Assembly: GCF_009914755.1 (NCBI RefSeq)
Contig: NC_060929.1
Strand: one strand, 5' to 3'
DNA from: the human T2T-CHM13v2.0 reference genome, Homo sapiens
DNA: 64,000 bases
Part shown: piece by piece, positions 29,470 through 45,295 of the stretch
Numbering within the stretch: position 1 is the first letter of the stretch
Layout: every line of letters starts with the position of its first letter
Program-made: the position numbers and the translations under genes
Notes under the pieces: generated by a model
What the model was told of the DNA's origin: nothing
Seen by the model: only the letters and a program-made list of their open reading frames with translations
Database searches by the model: none

Positions 29470-30349
29470 GTCTATAATTGTTACTATGTCGTCCCATCAC
29501 TGCATGTTGGGAGCAGATATGTTGCTTCCTTATTTTCACAGGTTCACAGACGGAGAGAAGTTCTTCCCCAGGAGCTGTACTTAACAGATTACTCATCCAG
29601 CTCGGATTTGGATGATTCAGATTTTGGACTTTTGAGCTGAAGAGATTTAAGACTTTGAGATGATGCTGTAATGGGATGAAACCTTTGGGGACTGTGGATG
29701 GAATGAAAGTATGTGGCATGAATGTGACTCTTTGGAGGCCAGAGGGTGGACTGTGGTAGGCCAGAGAACAGCCCCTCCAAGAGGTCTATAACTTAATTCT
29801 TGGAGTCTGTGAACAGGTTACTTTATATGGAAAAAAGAAAAAAAAAAGACGTTGCAGATGGAATTAAGGTTACAATGTTTAAAATAGGGAGACTTTCCCT
29901 ATTTTGTCCCTGGAAAATCTCCCTATTTTATTCTCTGCTTTCCCTGGCTGGAGTCAGAGAGGTGCAGCAGAAGGGATGGCAGAGATCCCAAGAGTAAAGG
30001 TTCAGCTCCCAGCTGCTAGCTTCAACATATGGGGTAGCCACAGGCAAAGGGGAGGGAGAGGCCATTAGGAGTGCAGGAGCTGAGGGCAGCTCTCAACTGG
30101 CCACCACCAAGCAAGTGGAGACCTCAGTCTCATGGCCATAAGGAACAAGGTTCTGCTAACAACCTGCAGTAGCTTGGATTCTTCCCCAGAGCTGCTAGTA
30201 AGGAGAACGATCCCACCAGCACCTTGATTTTAAACCAGTGAGTCCAGTGTCTGAAGTTCTGGCCCAGAGAAGCTGTGGGCTAATGTATTTTGTTTTTTTA
30301 AGTCATGGAATTTGTGGCAATTTGTTACAGCAGCAAGAGGAAACTCACA
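29470..30349 (+). mobile_element. MaLR internal 3' fragment plus MLT1-type LTR (LTR 29752-30349)
   Basis: PPT-like tttggaggccagagggtggac directly precedes the tgtggtaggc LTR start; LTR ends tttgttacagcagcaagaggaaactcaca. Confidence 0.72.
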
Positions 30350-30529
30350 GGGAGGCTGCAGCTCGTTTTGCTCCAGGGTAAACGGATTCTTCTCAGCACC
30401 GTCTCCGATGCCTCATGTCCCATTCCCTCCCAGGAAAACTGCTCAGCCTGCAGTGGGCACATGCAAGTTTCAAGAAGAGTTTTCTAGATAATCAAACAAC
30501 TGGATTGCTTTGCTCAAGACCAAAATGCC

Positions 30530-31355
30530 ATATATATAATATATATATTTATATATATTATATATATATTATATATAAATATATATATTAGATATAATAT
30601 ATATAAATATATATAAATATATATTATATATAATATATAAATATATATTATATATTATATTAAGTATATAATATATATAATATATATAATATATAAATAT
30701 ATAATACATAAATATATATTATATATATAAATATATATAATATATAATACATAAATATATATATGATATATAATATATAAATATATATAATATATAATAT
30801 ATATTATATATAATATATAAATATATATTATATATAATATATAAATATATATTATATATAATATATAAATATATATTATATATAATATATAAATATATAT
30901 TATATATAATATATATATATATATTATATATAATATATATTTATATATTATATATAATATATAAATATATATTATATATAAATAAAAAATATAAATATAT
31001 ATTATATATAAATAAAATATATATTATATATAAATAAAATATATATATTATATATTATATATTTATATATATTATATATAAAATATACATATATTATATA
31101 TAATATATATTTATATATAATATATAATATATATTATATATTTATATATTATATATAAATATATATTATATATAATATATATTTATATATAATATATATA
31201 ATATATATTTATATATAATATATAATATATATTATATATTTATATATTATATATAATATATATTATATATTATATAAAAATATAAATATATAAATATATA
31301 TTATATAAACATATATAATATATATTATATATAAATATATATAATATATATATAT
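30530..31355. repeat. About 825-bp (TA)n-derived AT-rich low-complexity tract
   Basis: Nearly pure A/T, built from TATA, TAAATATA, TATTATATA and TTTATATA variants, with fewer than ten G/C bases. Confidence 0.97.
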
Positions 31356-33472
31356 GCATCAAAATTCTTCCTCGGAGCATGTGGAAGGGCGTGAGGTGGT
31401 GGCATAGAAAATACCTGCTCTCAATGCCGTGAGGCCAGGCCACTGTTCGATGGGACTCAGGGCATGCCAAGGCCCTCTGCGTGAGCAACACTGATGTGAT
31501 GTTGGGATGACGCACTTTCTGAGGCTGAACTACGTGCTTCAATATATTCTGCCCTATCTCTGATCTCATCAGCTACAAGAATGTCACCAAATTTGCAGCC
31601 ATCAGCTTGGTCCAGACTGCTCTTTTGCCTGGTTGGTATCTTCCACTTCTGCCAGAAAAGTCCCCTGAAAACTGGAGTTTTCAGAGCTTGCAGAGAACCA
31701 ATAGTGCTACAGTTGGCATTCTGTATCTGTCTAGGACATGAGTACACTGGATTATAAGAGAGAGAAATGAGGCAGCTTCCTAGCCCTGCTTAAGTGAAGT
31801 CTGCAGTGCAGCCTCGTTATTTTAAATGAATTCCCATAACATTATGTGAAGCACCAACCATAAGTACCAGGCAGTATTACCCGCATTAGGATTAGCCACA
31901 CCTCCATAAACTTTTATTGGTTGCAAATAATGTAAGGTTAAATTTACTTGAAAAGCTCTTGACTTCTCTCTCTCCATATGTGTTTTGAAAGCTGGTCTCT
32001 TATCACAGCCAAGTCAGAATAATTCCCAAAAAAACAAGTTTCCCTAATTTTTTTTTAAAGATTAGCACAGTCTTGCTGTTCGAATTACTATGCACCTTAC
32101 TGTCTTCTCCCAAGGAAGGCAATTTCTTTATAAATCAGGACAATGATGGCTTGGTAATTGCTTTGCTGAGCTGCAGAGACAGAATGCTTCAGTGGCTAAA
32201 GACCAACTACCTATTGGGGCTGGCCGCGAACACCACTGTTGTTCTGTGCCCAAAGCGGTGGTTGCTAGGTTCATACCACACCCCCCCCATCCACCCATAA
32301 ACGTAAGCCATCAGAAAGGGACGGAGGGCCCCTCTTTTGATGACGATTAAACACTGCACCGTTTTAAGACTGCCTGGATCCGTGCCTTCTGGAGTTAGCC
32401 ATGCATCAGGGAACATTGTTCCAGAGAAGCCCAGAGCGGAACCAGAAATACCTGAATTAAAAGACACCCTCTTGCTGTCAAGTACTACCTAGGGTTTTAG
32501 CTACATGATTCCAATTAAAACTGATGGTCGCCACAGAGTTAACTGCTCTATGAAATGTCTGCTGAAAGTTTCCCATTGGGCTAAATTACAAGGAAATCAG
32601 AGGGAAGAAAGGTGTGGATGCTGTGTGGCTAAAACCATTAACTGTGAGCCTAATTGTGCGGGTGGCCCTTTGTGCTCCACAAACACTCACGTGCCGCTCA
32701 CAGTTGTTCTTTCCTAACTTGCAGTACTTGGGGAATGAGCTGTACTCACTAGGCATTGATTTTTTCATGACCGGACGACGTCTCAAGCTTGGAGTAACGC
32801 CATATGGTCCATCCCCCGGGTCAGTGCCCGCCCTCCCTGTATTCTACCAACTCCCACAATGTTTTACTCTGGCACATTCATGGTAGGCTCAGAAAATCAG
32901 GGTGTACTATATATTGAAAGCCGCCCATATCTAACCTTAATTCTGGCACCTTGACTTCCCATCAAGAGGACCTCTGTTAAGTCCACCCACCACACGCCAC
33001 TGCAGCAAGCATTACCATGCTTGCTAAATGATTTGCCAGCCATGGCCAGTTACAAAGTTACAAACACAGCGAAAAGAAAATGTCATGGGTCAAAACACAA
33101 ATTAGATTAAAAAATGAATACTAGCTAGTTGTTTTCTTCTTTCTTTGTTAAACAAAATTATTTCTGCTCAACCAGGTGTGATTTATATGACAAGTCACAG
33201 AACCTAAGCCTTAAAATGTATATAATAAATGAATATGCTAGGAAACATTGCAGAAGAGAGATGCAATATTCACTTCACCAAGCAGTTGGCTTCCAGGAAA
33301 ATAAATACCATGTGACTAAATAAATAATGAGCAATACCAATGTGATCCAATTCCTTGCATTTTGAGTCCCCTATCTTCTAAGAAGTAGGGGAACAGAACT
33401 TGACTAATAAGGGTTTATAGATTATTGGCTACCTGGCTTTTAAATGTCAGACTGTGGGCGTTAAGATTTTCA

Positions 33473-33847
<375 letters not shown>

Positions 33848-34340
33848 TCATCCCCTAATTCCACATATGCAGTCATGTAATCTTTTAATTTATTTACTTG
33901 CAGTATATTTTAACAAATCGTACTTCAAAGACTTATTAAAGCTGAGAATAAATGTGATTTTTAAAAGCTCACTTATCTAGATGGTAAGTTTTCCTTGAGG
34001 TCTATTTCTTGTTTTTGTGATTGCTTTGATCACTGACTGATAGCTTACTGAATACCAATAACCATCATCAAAAAACTGAAAGAGGCAAAGAACTGCATAT
34101 ACTCTCACATACTCTTGGGTCTTAACCCTTTGTTTTGTGCAATTCTCCAGCCCCTCTAAAATATTGTTTTATTGTGGGGAGTCACCCCAGTATTTCTGTA
34201 AGCTGACTGCTCACTGGGGGGCTAAGTACTTAGAAGAGGGAGTCACTCATTAGGGAAGAAAGGGCAGAAGCCGCTGTTATTCTGTGGGGTCCAGGCCTAC
34301 CACCTGCGGGTATCCGGCCCTCTCTGCTTTTTATGGTCTT

Positions 34341-34696
34341 TGTTATAGACTGAATGTTTGTGTCCTCCAACAAATCATATTTTGAGATTCTAACCCCCAT
34401 GTCACAGTGTTACTGAGGACTTTGGGAGATGATTAGGTCATAAGGATGAGAACCTTCTTGAATGAAATCAATGCCCTTATAAAAGGGGACTCCGAGACTC
34501 TTTGCCCTCTTTCCGCTGTGTGAAGACACAGGAGTTGGCTGTCTGCAACCCAGGAGAGAGTCCTCACTAGAACCCAACCGTGAAGGCACCCTGATCTTAG
34601 ACTTCCAGCTCCCAGAATGTGAGAAATACATTTCTGCTGTTTGTAAGCTATCTTGTCTCTCGTATTTCACTATGGCAGGCCAGACTGACTAAGACA
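34341..34696 (+). mobile_element. MLT1A-like solo LTR
   Basis: tgttatagactgaatgtttgtgtcc...gactaagaca with perfect 5-bp TSD gtctt. Confidence 0.85.
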
Positions 34697-35349
34697 GTCT
34701 TCTTACATATTTTCCCTGGAAACCAACTCCTTAATTTGTGGCAAAAATGCTAATAGAAAAGGAGACTCCAAGAGCTCTTGGATCAAAACATTCCTTGGAT
34801 CAAAATAGCTTAATCCCCATAAGTTTAAATTGGAAGGAAGTGATTGAAAATAAAACCCACCCTTCCTATAACCTCTTAGAAATTTACCCATCTCTGCTAA
34901 CTGCTATCTCATAAACTGAGAAGTTTTGACAACTTATTTAGTAGTTTTTTACTTGAGGCAAAGAACAAGACAAATGTTAGAAAATCCGGACTCCAGTTAA
35001 CTCGCCAGAGATTACTGTATAGCTCTAGCTAGGTGAATACTGTATTAAAAACAGACAAAGCATGTTTTTGGCTAATGGTTACTTAAGACTGCCAAGAAGT
35101 CTAAGGACCACTCGCCTTGTTTCAGAATGAAAATATCGCATATGGAGGTAATGGGAGATGGGGATAAGAAAGATTATAAGAACACATATATATTTCATAT
35201 AAGAAAAAATATACAGAAAACAGTAAAACTTAAGATTATTTAGCCTTTTTTTTTCCTGAAAGGGAAATATTAGCACAGTCTTGCTGTTTAAATTATTATG
35301 CACCTTACTGTCTTCTCCCAGTAACTAGTAATTTAATCTTAATTACTAA

Positions 35350-35670
<321 letters not shown>

Positions 35671-35919
35671 TATTCTTAAATTTCTGAAAGAAATTTCTGG
35701 AAGGCTTATTAAAAGAAAGCAGGAGTTATTTCTGTAAAGAGAAGTACCAATGAGGTCTTGCAAGTTTATGCACAGGTCTTAATCACTAGTTAGGAATAAT
35801 GTTGGAAAATGGGTTAACAGGGCAGCTCGAAGATTCTGCATTTTAAAAGCAAGGCTGCCATAGTACCGATATAGTCTGTCTGCTTCCATTATTGTCATGA
35901 TTGCACTTTTCCCCTTCAC

Positions 35920-36539
35920 TGTGGTAGGGAGAATTCTAAAGACATCTCTCCAAGATTCCTACCCTTTGGTCGCTCAACCAAATACTAACTGGGGAAGGGG
36001 CTTTGCAGGTGGAATCAAGGTTGCTAATCAGCTGACCTTAGGATAGGGAAATGATCCTGGATTATCCTGCTGGGCTCAGTGTAATCACAGGAACTCTTCA
36101 AATCAGAAGAGGAAGGCACAAGGGTCAGACTGAGAGATGTGGCTGAGGAGGGAGCAGGAGAAAGGGGGAAAGATAGAGGTAGTGGGGCTACTCAGGTGGC
36201 TTTAAGGATGAAGGAAGGGAGCAATGAGCCAAGGAATATCATGCCCTCTAGAATCTGAGAACAACTCCTGGCTGACAACCCACAAGGAAATGCAGCCCTT
36301 AGTCTACTTCATGGGTCTGAATTTAGCCAGCAACCTGAACGATCCTGGATACAGGCTCTTCTGTGCAAAAAGAGCCCAATGGCCAATGCCTTGATTTCAG
36401 ACTCGAGAGGCTCCAAACAGAGAAACCAGCCAAGACCCCTGCATTTCTAGAGTGCAGGACTCTGCAGTAATCAATTAGTAATGTTCTCAGCCATTACGTT
36501 TGTGGTAATTTGTTATGGTAGCAATGGAAAACTACTATA
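35920..36539 (+). mobile_element. MLT1 (D/E-like) solo LTR
   Basis: tgtggtagggagaattctaaag...tttgtggtaatttgttatggtagcaatggaaaacta; TSD ttcac on both sides. Confidence 0.8.
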
Positions 36540-37957
36540 TTCACATAAGATAAAACAAAAGGAAACCCACCATAGTAATTTTCACAAATGTTCATTTTAA
36601 CATTTCTGCTAACGTATTTCAAAAGTTTTAGATAAACATCGTTTCTTCAGATGGGGGCATTTCACAGGCTCTGAATGATAAGACGAGATGTAGTCATTAA
36701 GATTTTTAGATGTCTCTTGTTGCAGGAAGAACAGTAAGCTAAATGAGTTTCTCACCAACTCTAGGTAGCACCTAAGAATGACTTTTCTTGCTTTACTACT
36801 ACCAGATGGCTTGCACACAATATGAGTGTAGGATAATGGCACCACTGGGTGCACAATTTCCTTTTACTGCTTCAGTTGTGAAAGGAGTAATGCTTCAAAA
36901 ATCCAAGAATTATAAAGCTGCACAGAAAGGTCAAATAGCAATGACACTTTGAGGAGCCACAGAGCATCATTAAAAACAGGTCACAAGTTGGCCATGAAGA
37001 GTTTAGTTCCATTGTCTATCTTCACTGCGCTAAGTGCTGCAATCAAAGGACTTTTAATCTTTTACAGTACATGTGTCAGTCTTTTGAGCAAGTGTTAAGG
37101 TCTGATTTAAAAATTGTGCACTTAACCAGCTTGGTGGCCACCCTGGGAATAACTAGAAAACAAAAGAGAAGGCTCGTGCCCTCCACCATCAGCCCAGGGC
37201 ACATTTGTCATTCAGGTTTTACTGCTTTTCGTAAATAATAATGGTTCTTAGAACTCTGGCACAAACTATATATAATGACTTCATGGGGGAAAATGTCAAG
37301 GCAACAGTACTCCATAGAAATAATCTAGAAAACAGAATCTAGAAACTCAAGGTTTTTCTAAAGTTCATCTTAATATAATTACTCTTATTATCCATCATTT
37401 TATATGTGCTGAAATGAAAAGGTTTTAGAGATCTGTCAATTAGTAAAGAAAAAAGTTACAGAAGAAACAGAGTGGATTCAACTTTTGACAAAACACATGC
37501 AGAGAGAGGATCCTTCTATATCATACAAATGTACATCGGTAGATTCAGTGATTGAATGACTTCATTTAATCCAATAATTTGCTAAAATTCTCTAAGACAT
37601 ACACTGTATTATTTTAATTTGAATCACAAATACTCATCATGGAATATTTTTACAGACTATGCTGAAAATCAAATACATAGTGTTAGGTGATTCCAACTCC
37701 AAAGAAAATTAGGATCGCTGAAGTCTCTGAGTAGTGGTTTCCCATCTTTATTTTCCACATGGACACACCTCAAAGATAGTGTGCCCATGACTGACACTCT
37801 CCTACGTGCACTGGCCCCTTACCATGCAGCGAGATGCAGTGGGCTGTGGGTTACATGAAGTTGCAAACAAGCTAGCCACAACTTTGCCCTTGCTCTCCAT
37901 CTGGTTCATATCATGGTGGTAGGTGGAGATATCCACTTCTAAATTAGCATTGGCTAC

Positions 37958-38277
37958 TGCTATCATCTGAATATCTGTGTCCCTCCTAAAATTTATATGT
38001 TGAAACCTAACCCCCAAGGTGATGGTATTAAGTGAGACACTCATGAATAGGATGAGTGGCCTTATAAAAGATACCTGAGGGAGTCTGTTAGCCTCTTCCA
38101 CCATCTGAGGATGCAGGAAGGTATTATCTGTGAAGCAGAGAGCAGCCCTCAGCAGATCTCGAAGCCGCTGATGCCTTGATCTTGGACTTCCCAGCCTCTA
38201 GAACTGTCAGCAATACATTTCTGTTGTTTGTGAATTACCTGGTCTAAGCTGTTTTGTTACAGTAGACTGAACAGAGA
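37958..38277 (+). mobile_element. MLT1A/MST-like solo LTR
   Basis: tgctatcatctgaatatctgtgtccc...ccttgatcttggacttcccagcctctagaactgt. Confidence 0.75.
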
Positions 38278-38599
38278 CTGCCAGCCTTTTTAGCTTGTTT
38301 TTTGTTTGTTTTTTAGTTCTGAATTTTCTTCATCTTAGAGGTCATGAATTAAATTAGTGATGAATAAAATAGAAATAATAAGAGTGAAAAAGGACTTTAT
38401 AAAGTATATTTGTTGCCACAGTGATCAAGAGACACGAAAGAAGATAAAATGAAAAAGGCAAGAAGGAAAAAAGGAGATAAAAATGAAATGGGGAAAAAGA
38501 ACAATGGTGCTAACTGGGGCCTATTTTGAGGGTTTTCTTAATGCTTATGTTGTTATGCACCAGCAGTGCTACGCTTGTGGAATAGATATGTGTGTCACT

Positions 38600-39138
38600 C
38601 ATCTCTGACTCTCCTCTTTCCCACACACCTACATTCAATCAGGCAGCATATCAAGTCAGCTCTAACTTCAAAGCATTTCCAGAATTGTTCTCTAAGGCCA
38701 CCATGTATCTCTTATATGTTCTCTCTGCTTCTGTCCTCATCTTCTCTACCTTCTAGGGAAGTCTCATGTAGCAGCTGCAGGGATTCTTCAAAAATATATA
38801 TTGAAGCACAAGTCCTCCAGTCCAGGGTCATTTCACTGAGTAAAACTCAAAGGCACATGCCTGAATACTCTCTCCTCTTCTAACTCCTACTCATCATTCA
38901 AGTCTTTTCCTTAGGAGGGCTTTCCCTGATCCCCTGACCAGGCTAAATTCATTGGTTCTATGTTCATTCAAGGCTCTCTTTCACAATTCCCACCCCACTG
39001 ATGTTACCTGCTTACTGCCTCCTTCCTGCAAAGCCCATGAAAATAGGGCCTGTGCCTTTCTTGTCACTCATATATCACCAGCAGCTAGTACAGTGTCTGG
39101 CATCAAGTAGGCACTCAATAAATAGTTGTTGAATTGAA
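38600..39138 (+). mobile_element. L2 3' end fragment
   Basis: Ends gtacagtgtctggcatcaagtaggcactcaataaatagttgttgaattgaa, a typical L2 tail. Confidence 0.65.
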
Positions 39139-39870
39139 AAGACATACTATTGTATCTCTAATCCAATTCCATAAATAACATACTTATTCCAGATTGGTCT
39201 GGAGGAGCTGAATGACAGAAAAGCCATATGAGGAATTAATCCATTCATTAGTTCATTTCTTATTTATTAATATAAGACATCCCAATTTTATTGGGAGCAT
39301 GTTGATCTAAAGGCAGGAATTTTATTAATTTTCCTATTCAGAGTCCAGAAATTTGATTTTTTTCATGCCAGTTTAGTCAAGAAGCTGTATCTAGTCGTCT
39401 AGAGCAAATTATGATTTGGAAAATACTATAAATAGTACATACACCCCAACGTGTCCAGGAATTTCCTTGTTTTTTCCTTGCTTGTTATATTCAAGAACAA
39501 GGTTAATCCTCATAAACTTAATAGGGTAATACTCTAAGCCTTGGTTTACTATTTCCATGTAGTTGTAGATAAGCTCTTACAAAATAACTTGGGAAGAAGA
39601 CAAGTAGCAGCAGGTCTAACTTGGGTGTAGGGAGGAAGAATGCTTTTGGAAAAGAAAGCAGGTGACTGATGACTGCCAGGTCTTCTTGCAAACATGCAAA
39701 ACACAGACCTCCTAGCAAACAAAACAATAATGTTTACTAGCAGGCAAATCCTTATTTATGGAATGTTTTCTTCAGAATATTCCTGATGTCTAGGAGTGCT
39801 CATGGGAAATATTTAAGTTAGGTATCCATTTGGATATGAAATTAGAGGTATTTAATGACCAAAATGACCC

Positions 39871-40439
39871 TGTATTAGCTTTTTGCTACTGCCACAAGTT
39901 ACCTCTAATTTACCAGACTAAAGTAACATAAATTTATTACCTTACAGTTCTCTCTTATTACAGGTTGAAAGTCCAGTATGGGTCTCCAGAGCTAACATCA
40001 AGGTATCAGCAGGGCTGCATTACTTTTTGGAGGTGCTAGGGGAAAATCTGTTTCCTTGCTTATTCAGCTTACTTGCAGAATTTAGTTTGTTATGGTTGTA
40101 GGACTGAAGTCCTGTTTCCTGACTGGTTGTCAGCTGAGGATCTTTCCCAGCTTCTAGCAACTGTGTGTATTTCTTGGCGTGTGGCCTCCTTTCTCCATCC
40201 TCAAAGCCAGCCGTGATCTCTCATTCTGCTGCATCTCCCTGACTCCAGCCAGAGAACATTCTCTGCTTTTAAGGGCTCATGTGATTAGACTGGGCCCACT
40301 GGGAAAATCACAACAATCTCCCCTTCTCATGGTTCTTAACCCTATTCACGTCTGCAAAGTGTCTTTTGCCAGGTAACAGTCTCAGGTTGCTGGGATTAGG
40401 ATGTAGACATCTTTGGGGGCCACTATTCTGTCAATCCCA
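39871..40439 (-). mobile_element. MLT1-type LTR
   Basis: tgtattagcttttt...atcaaggtatcagcagggctgc...gattaggatgtagacatctttgggggccactattctg. Confidence 0.78.
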
Positions 40440-41002
40440 GGCTCCCTATTTGTAAGTGTTGTAAATGCACACCATTCTGCGAGGACACGTGTTAAACTGG
40501 GTCAGTGCGTGTCCTGACACAGCAGGAAGGACCTGGTAGTGGCACTGGTGGTGCCATCCTCTCCCTGCCCAACCTGTGCCCTGTGGTTACCTGTGTCTCT
40601 GATATTATTAGAAAAGCTTGATACCTTGTCGGGTCTGTGATTGGTGTGAGTTCGGCTCAATATTCTAAACCTTGTTACATCACACAGATTTAATGGGTGG
40701 TCCAGATTCTGTTCTATTTGTAGTTACTGATTAATTATTTTTTCTAGAAAAGTTAGCTTTGCTAGGAGCTACACAACAGGACCAAGGTTGGTGTCTTGGC
40801 TTATAATTTAGGTCATGAGAGCTCTGCTCCATACATATCTCCAGTGGGGAGTGAATGAAGTGGTACTGCTGCATTGATTAGTCATGAGGAGGTTCCTTCC
40901 TGCATGTCCATGCAGAACTAAAGCATTGGAATCATCTCCCCAAGAAGCTGGCACTGAGTTTTCTTTCCCTGTCTTCAGAGGAGTCACAGAGTAAAAGGAA
41001 AC

Positions 41003-41280
41003 TTTTTTTTTTTTTCTTTTCTGAGGCTGGAGTAAAATGGCACGATCTTGGCTCAATGCAACCTCTGCCTCCGGGATTCAAGTGATTCCCATGCTTCAGC
41101 CTCCTGAGTAGCTGGGATTACAGCTGCACACCACCATGCCAGGCTAATTTTTGTATTTTTACTAGAGACAGTGTTTTGCTATGTTGCCCAGGCTGGTCTC
41201 AAACTCCTGGCCTCAAGTGATCCGCTCACCTCGGCCTCCCAAAGTGCTGGGATTACAGGCATGAGCGACCACACCCGGCC
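41003..41280 (-). mobile_element. Alu (S/J type) with an about 25-bp deletion next to the tail
   Basis: T tail joins directly to gaggctggagt; ends acacccggcc. Confidence 0.9.
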
Positions 41281-41732
41281 AGAAACCATTTTTGATCTGG
41301 AAACCAAAAGAGGGAGAAAGCATCTTGTTACCCAAGAAGCCTGTCTGCATCCCAGCATACTGCGTGTTAGAGTTCAGGACTGTGTGAAAGCACGCTGACA
41401 GTGGCTGGATTTCATTTCACATTTGTTTTCTCACACCTAGAACGGGACCAGCTGATGAATCCCTGTCTTACTTGAATCTTTGCTCACCTCCCTGGGGTAA
41501 CCACTGCATCATCATGGGTGTGATGTTTATGGAATCTTGGATGATAGAAGAGCCTGGGTTGAAAGGGAGAAAGAAAAACAAATCCCATTTTCTCTCTGTT
41601 TGCTGCTAGACCTCGTGTCCTGCTGGCCAGCTGCTCGTGCAGCTCTGCTCCCTGAGTGCTGAGTGCTTGCGACCTGCCTGGCTGTGTGGCTTCCTGGTGC
41701 TCCACAGGAATGCAACAGCTGCCTGAAGGCAT

Positions 41733-42203
41733 CTGCTAGGTTCCTCCTGCTGCTGTAACAAATTAACACAAACTTAGGGGCATAAACTGCCGATTTATTC
41801 TTATACATCTGGAGAACAGAAGTCAGCAATGGGCCCACAGGCTGAAATCAAGGTGTTGGCTGTGTTCCTTCTGGGGGCTCCAGGGGAGAATGTTTCCCTG
41901 CCTTTCCCAGCTTCTACATGCACATCTTGGCTCATGGCTGCTTCCTCTGTCTTCAGAGCCAGGGGAGACTTTCTTATGTGGTATCACTCTGATACTCTTC
42001 TGCCTCCCTCTTTCACATGTAAGAATCCTTGAGATTATAGGGATCCACGCAAATAATCCAGCATAATCGCCCTATTTTAAGGTCAGGTGTTAGCAACCTT
42101 AATTCCATCTGCAACCTTAATTTTCCCTTGCCATGTAATTTAAGGTCTTCACAGGTTTTTGGTGATTAGCACAGGGACATCATTGGGGGTCTGGCCTACC
42201 ACT
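41733..42203 (-). mobile_element. MLT1-type LTR
   Basis: gctgctgtaacaaattaacacaaacttagg...aatcaaggtgttggc...ggcctaccac. Confidence 0.75.
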
Positions 42204-42843
42204 GAAGGTCAGACTATTTTTTCATTACAGTTGGGCATACATTGGTACCCAAAGAAAACATGACAATCTCCTGCCTCCTTCAACCTGTCCAGGGCAAAGG
42301 AACAGGTTCAGGAAGTGTATTCACAAGACTGTCCTCAAAGTACTCCTAGGCTCTTCTTTTAATAATTTTATCTCAAAAGGAAAAACAGGTAAAAACATTA
42401 TCTGGTCAATTTATTGGTCTTCTATTGATTAATTGGAATGCAATGCTATCTGATTACATTCAAACGATTGTTTTTGCAAGCCAAGGGCTAAAGTTGTTTT
42501 CAAACACTATGTATGCTAATAAAGTTCAAGCTTACCTGTAATAATCTAATAATAATGATTCTCTATAACTACCTATTGAGAAGACATCTGTATCTATATT
42601 TACCAATGCTACCAGTTCCTACTGTGATGTCAAACACATGGGAAGAGAGGGAAGAAGGAGAGCCCATTCACCCCCAGCTACAAAACAGTTACTGAGGCCA
42701 TTCAGGATGTGCAATGGAAAGAAGGATCTGGGAAAACACAGTCTTTACCAAAAGTTCATCCAATGTATAGGAGAAGCCATCTGTGTATAGTATTGGAGAG
42801 AAAATGTACACGTATTTAAGTTGTTATATTCTAGATTTATTAA

Positions 42844-43272
<429 letters not shown>

Positions 43273-43825
43273 TGTTTGATTACTTTTTAAAACAAATGCA
43301 TATAAGACCGTCATTTTTTTTTTTAATTTTGTAAATTGTTGGTGAACACAATAATAGAAAAGGTCAGAGTAATTAGTGACAATTGCATGCTTAAAGTGAT
43401 TGGCTTTACCTGTTTTCTATGTGGCCAGAGTACCCTCCTGATGGCTCTTGGTGAATAAAGGAGCCAAAGCTAAAAGTTAGAGGCTCCAGTCTTTGGAAGG
43501 CGTCTTCAGTAAAAATATCCTTTGGGGATGCTTAGTTATTCTAAGAATAGTTATAGATCTAATAAATATTGCCTTTGAACGGTTAAGTTTGGATATGCAA
43601 GAAGGCCAGCTGTGAGAAGAACAGGCAGCCGTGCAAGCTGGCAAAGGGAGAAAAAACTGTTTAGGGATAGGAGAAAACAGATGGATGCCTTAGGCCAGCT
43701 GTGTCTGCACTCAGGAGCCCAGGTTGGCAGCAGACAGCCCTTGAAGGTTCTGCATCTTCATCTATGGCCAATTTTGGTCTGCAGATGAATATGAATGGCT
43801 GCTTGTGATTGATTTCTTTGCCTGT

Positions 43826-44203
43826 TGCTATAGTTTGAAGGTGTTCTCCAAATTCATGTGTTGGAAACTTAATCCCAATGTAACAGTGTTGAGAAGTGGG
43901 AACTTGAGGAGGCGATTAGATCCTGAGGGCTCTCAATGGATTAACATTTTTATGGGAGTGGGTTCCTTATTGCAAGAGTGAGTTTGTTATAAAACTGAGC
44001 CTGGCCTCCACTCACCCTCTGGCTCTCTCTTGCCCTTCCACCTTCTGCCCTCAACCATGATGCAGCAAGAAGGCCCTCACCATATGCCAGCCCCCTGACC
44101 TTGTACTTCCCAGCCTCCAGATACGTAAGAAATAAATCTCTGTTCTTTATAAATTACCCAGACTGTGGTATTCTGTTATAGCAGCATAAAATGGACTAAG
44201 ACA
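43826..44203 (+). mobile_element. MST (MSTB-like) solo LTR
   Basis: tgctatagtttgaa...tcatgtgttggaaacttaatccc...aatggactaagaca with 5-bp TSD cctgt. Confidence 0.85.
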
Positions 44204-44583
44204 CCTGTCAAATAGATGATAACTTGCTCAAATGAAAAGGAGACAGAAGGACTAAATGATGCCAATACTAATGTACTCTAGCCACAGAAAGCAAATAAAA
44301 TTAAAAGCCAGCAAGAGAGCTGCTTCCTAGTGCCTGCTTCTTCTTTAGCCCTATTCCACAGAGAAATTAGAAACGGATCAGATAATATTCTTATCTCAAA
44401 CATGTTAAAGGAATTTCAAGCAAGAGAGTGTGAAGTTGAATGCAAGGGGGATTCTTGAAGAGCCAGGGAGAAGGGTGTGAACAGTGAGAGGAACACACCA
44501 GGAATACTTCCATACCCCTACCTTGGCAGGTCCTCATTTTTATAGTTCACTTATAAGAAATAGAAGTATTTTGTTTTCCATAA

Positions 44584-44908
<325 letters not shown>

Positions 44909-45295
44909 AAATTTAAACTCTTTTATTAGCCAACTGGTCTTGGGCAACACACTTAACATCATACCCTCAGTTTATTCATCTATAAAGTGGGCTGATGTTT
45001 TAGAAGGATTAGATGAGGCAGTGTGTGATGCATGCAGGAGCCAGACCTATTTCCTCCTTCCCCCTTGACTTCTGCTCACTCAGGCATATGTGCCCGAGCA
45101 AAGGGCAGAGGAACCCATTTAACAAAGAGAAAATAAGAACAATATGTGTAAAGCACCTAATGTCATGCACAGAGGGCTATCCTATTATTCAGCTAATACC
45201 CCATTAGCTCTGGGAAAGGTGAACCTCTTTTCCTAGCTTTATTTTCCTAGAAACTCTCCATGACTTCCCCTACCCTTCCTATACACTTGCACCCC

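Noticed and set aside
30393-30415. REST/RE1 half-site tcagcacc (also near 51484)
   Set aside because: The right half-site GGACAG is missing at the canonical spacing.
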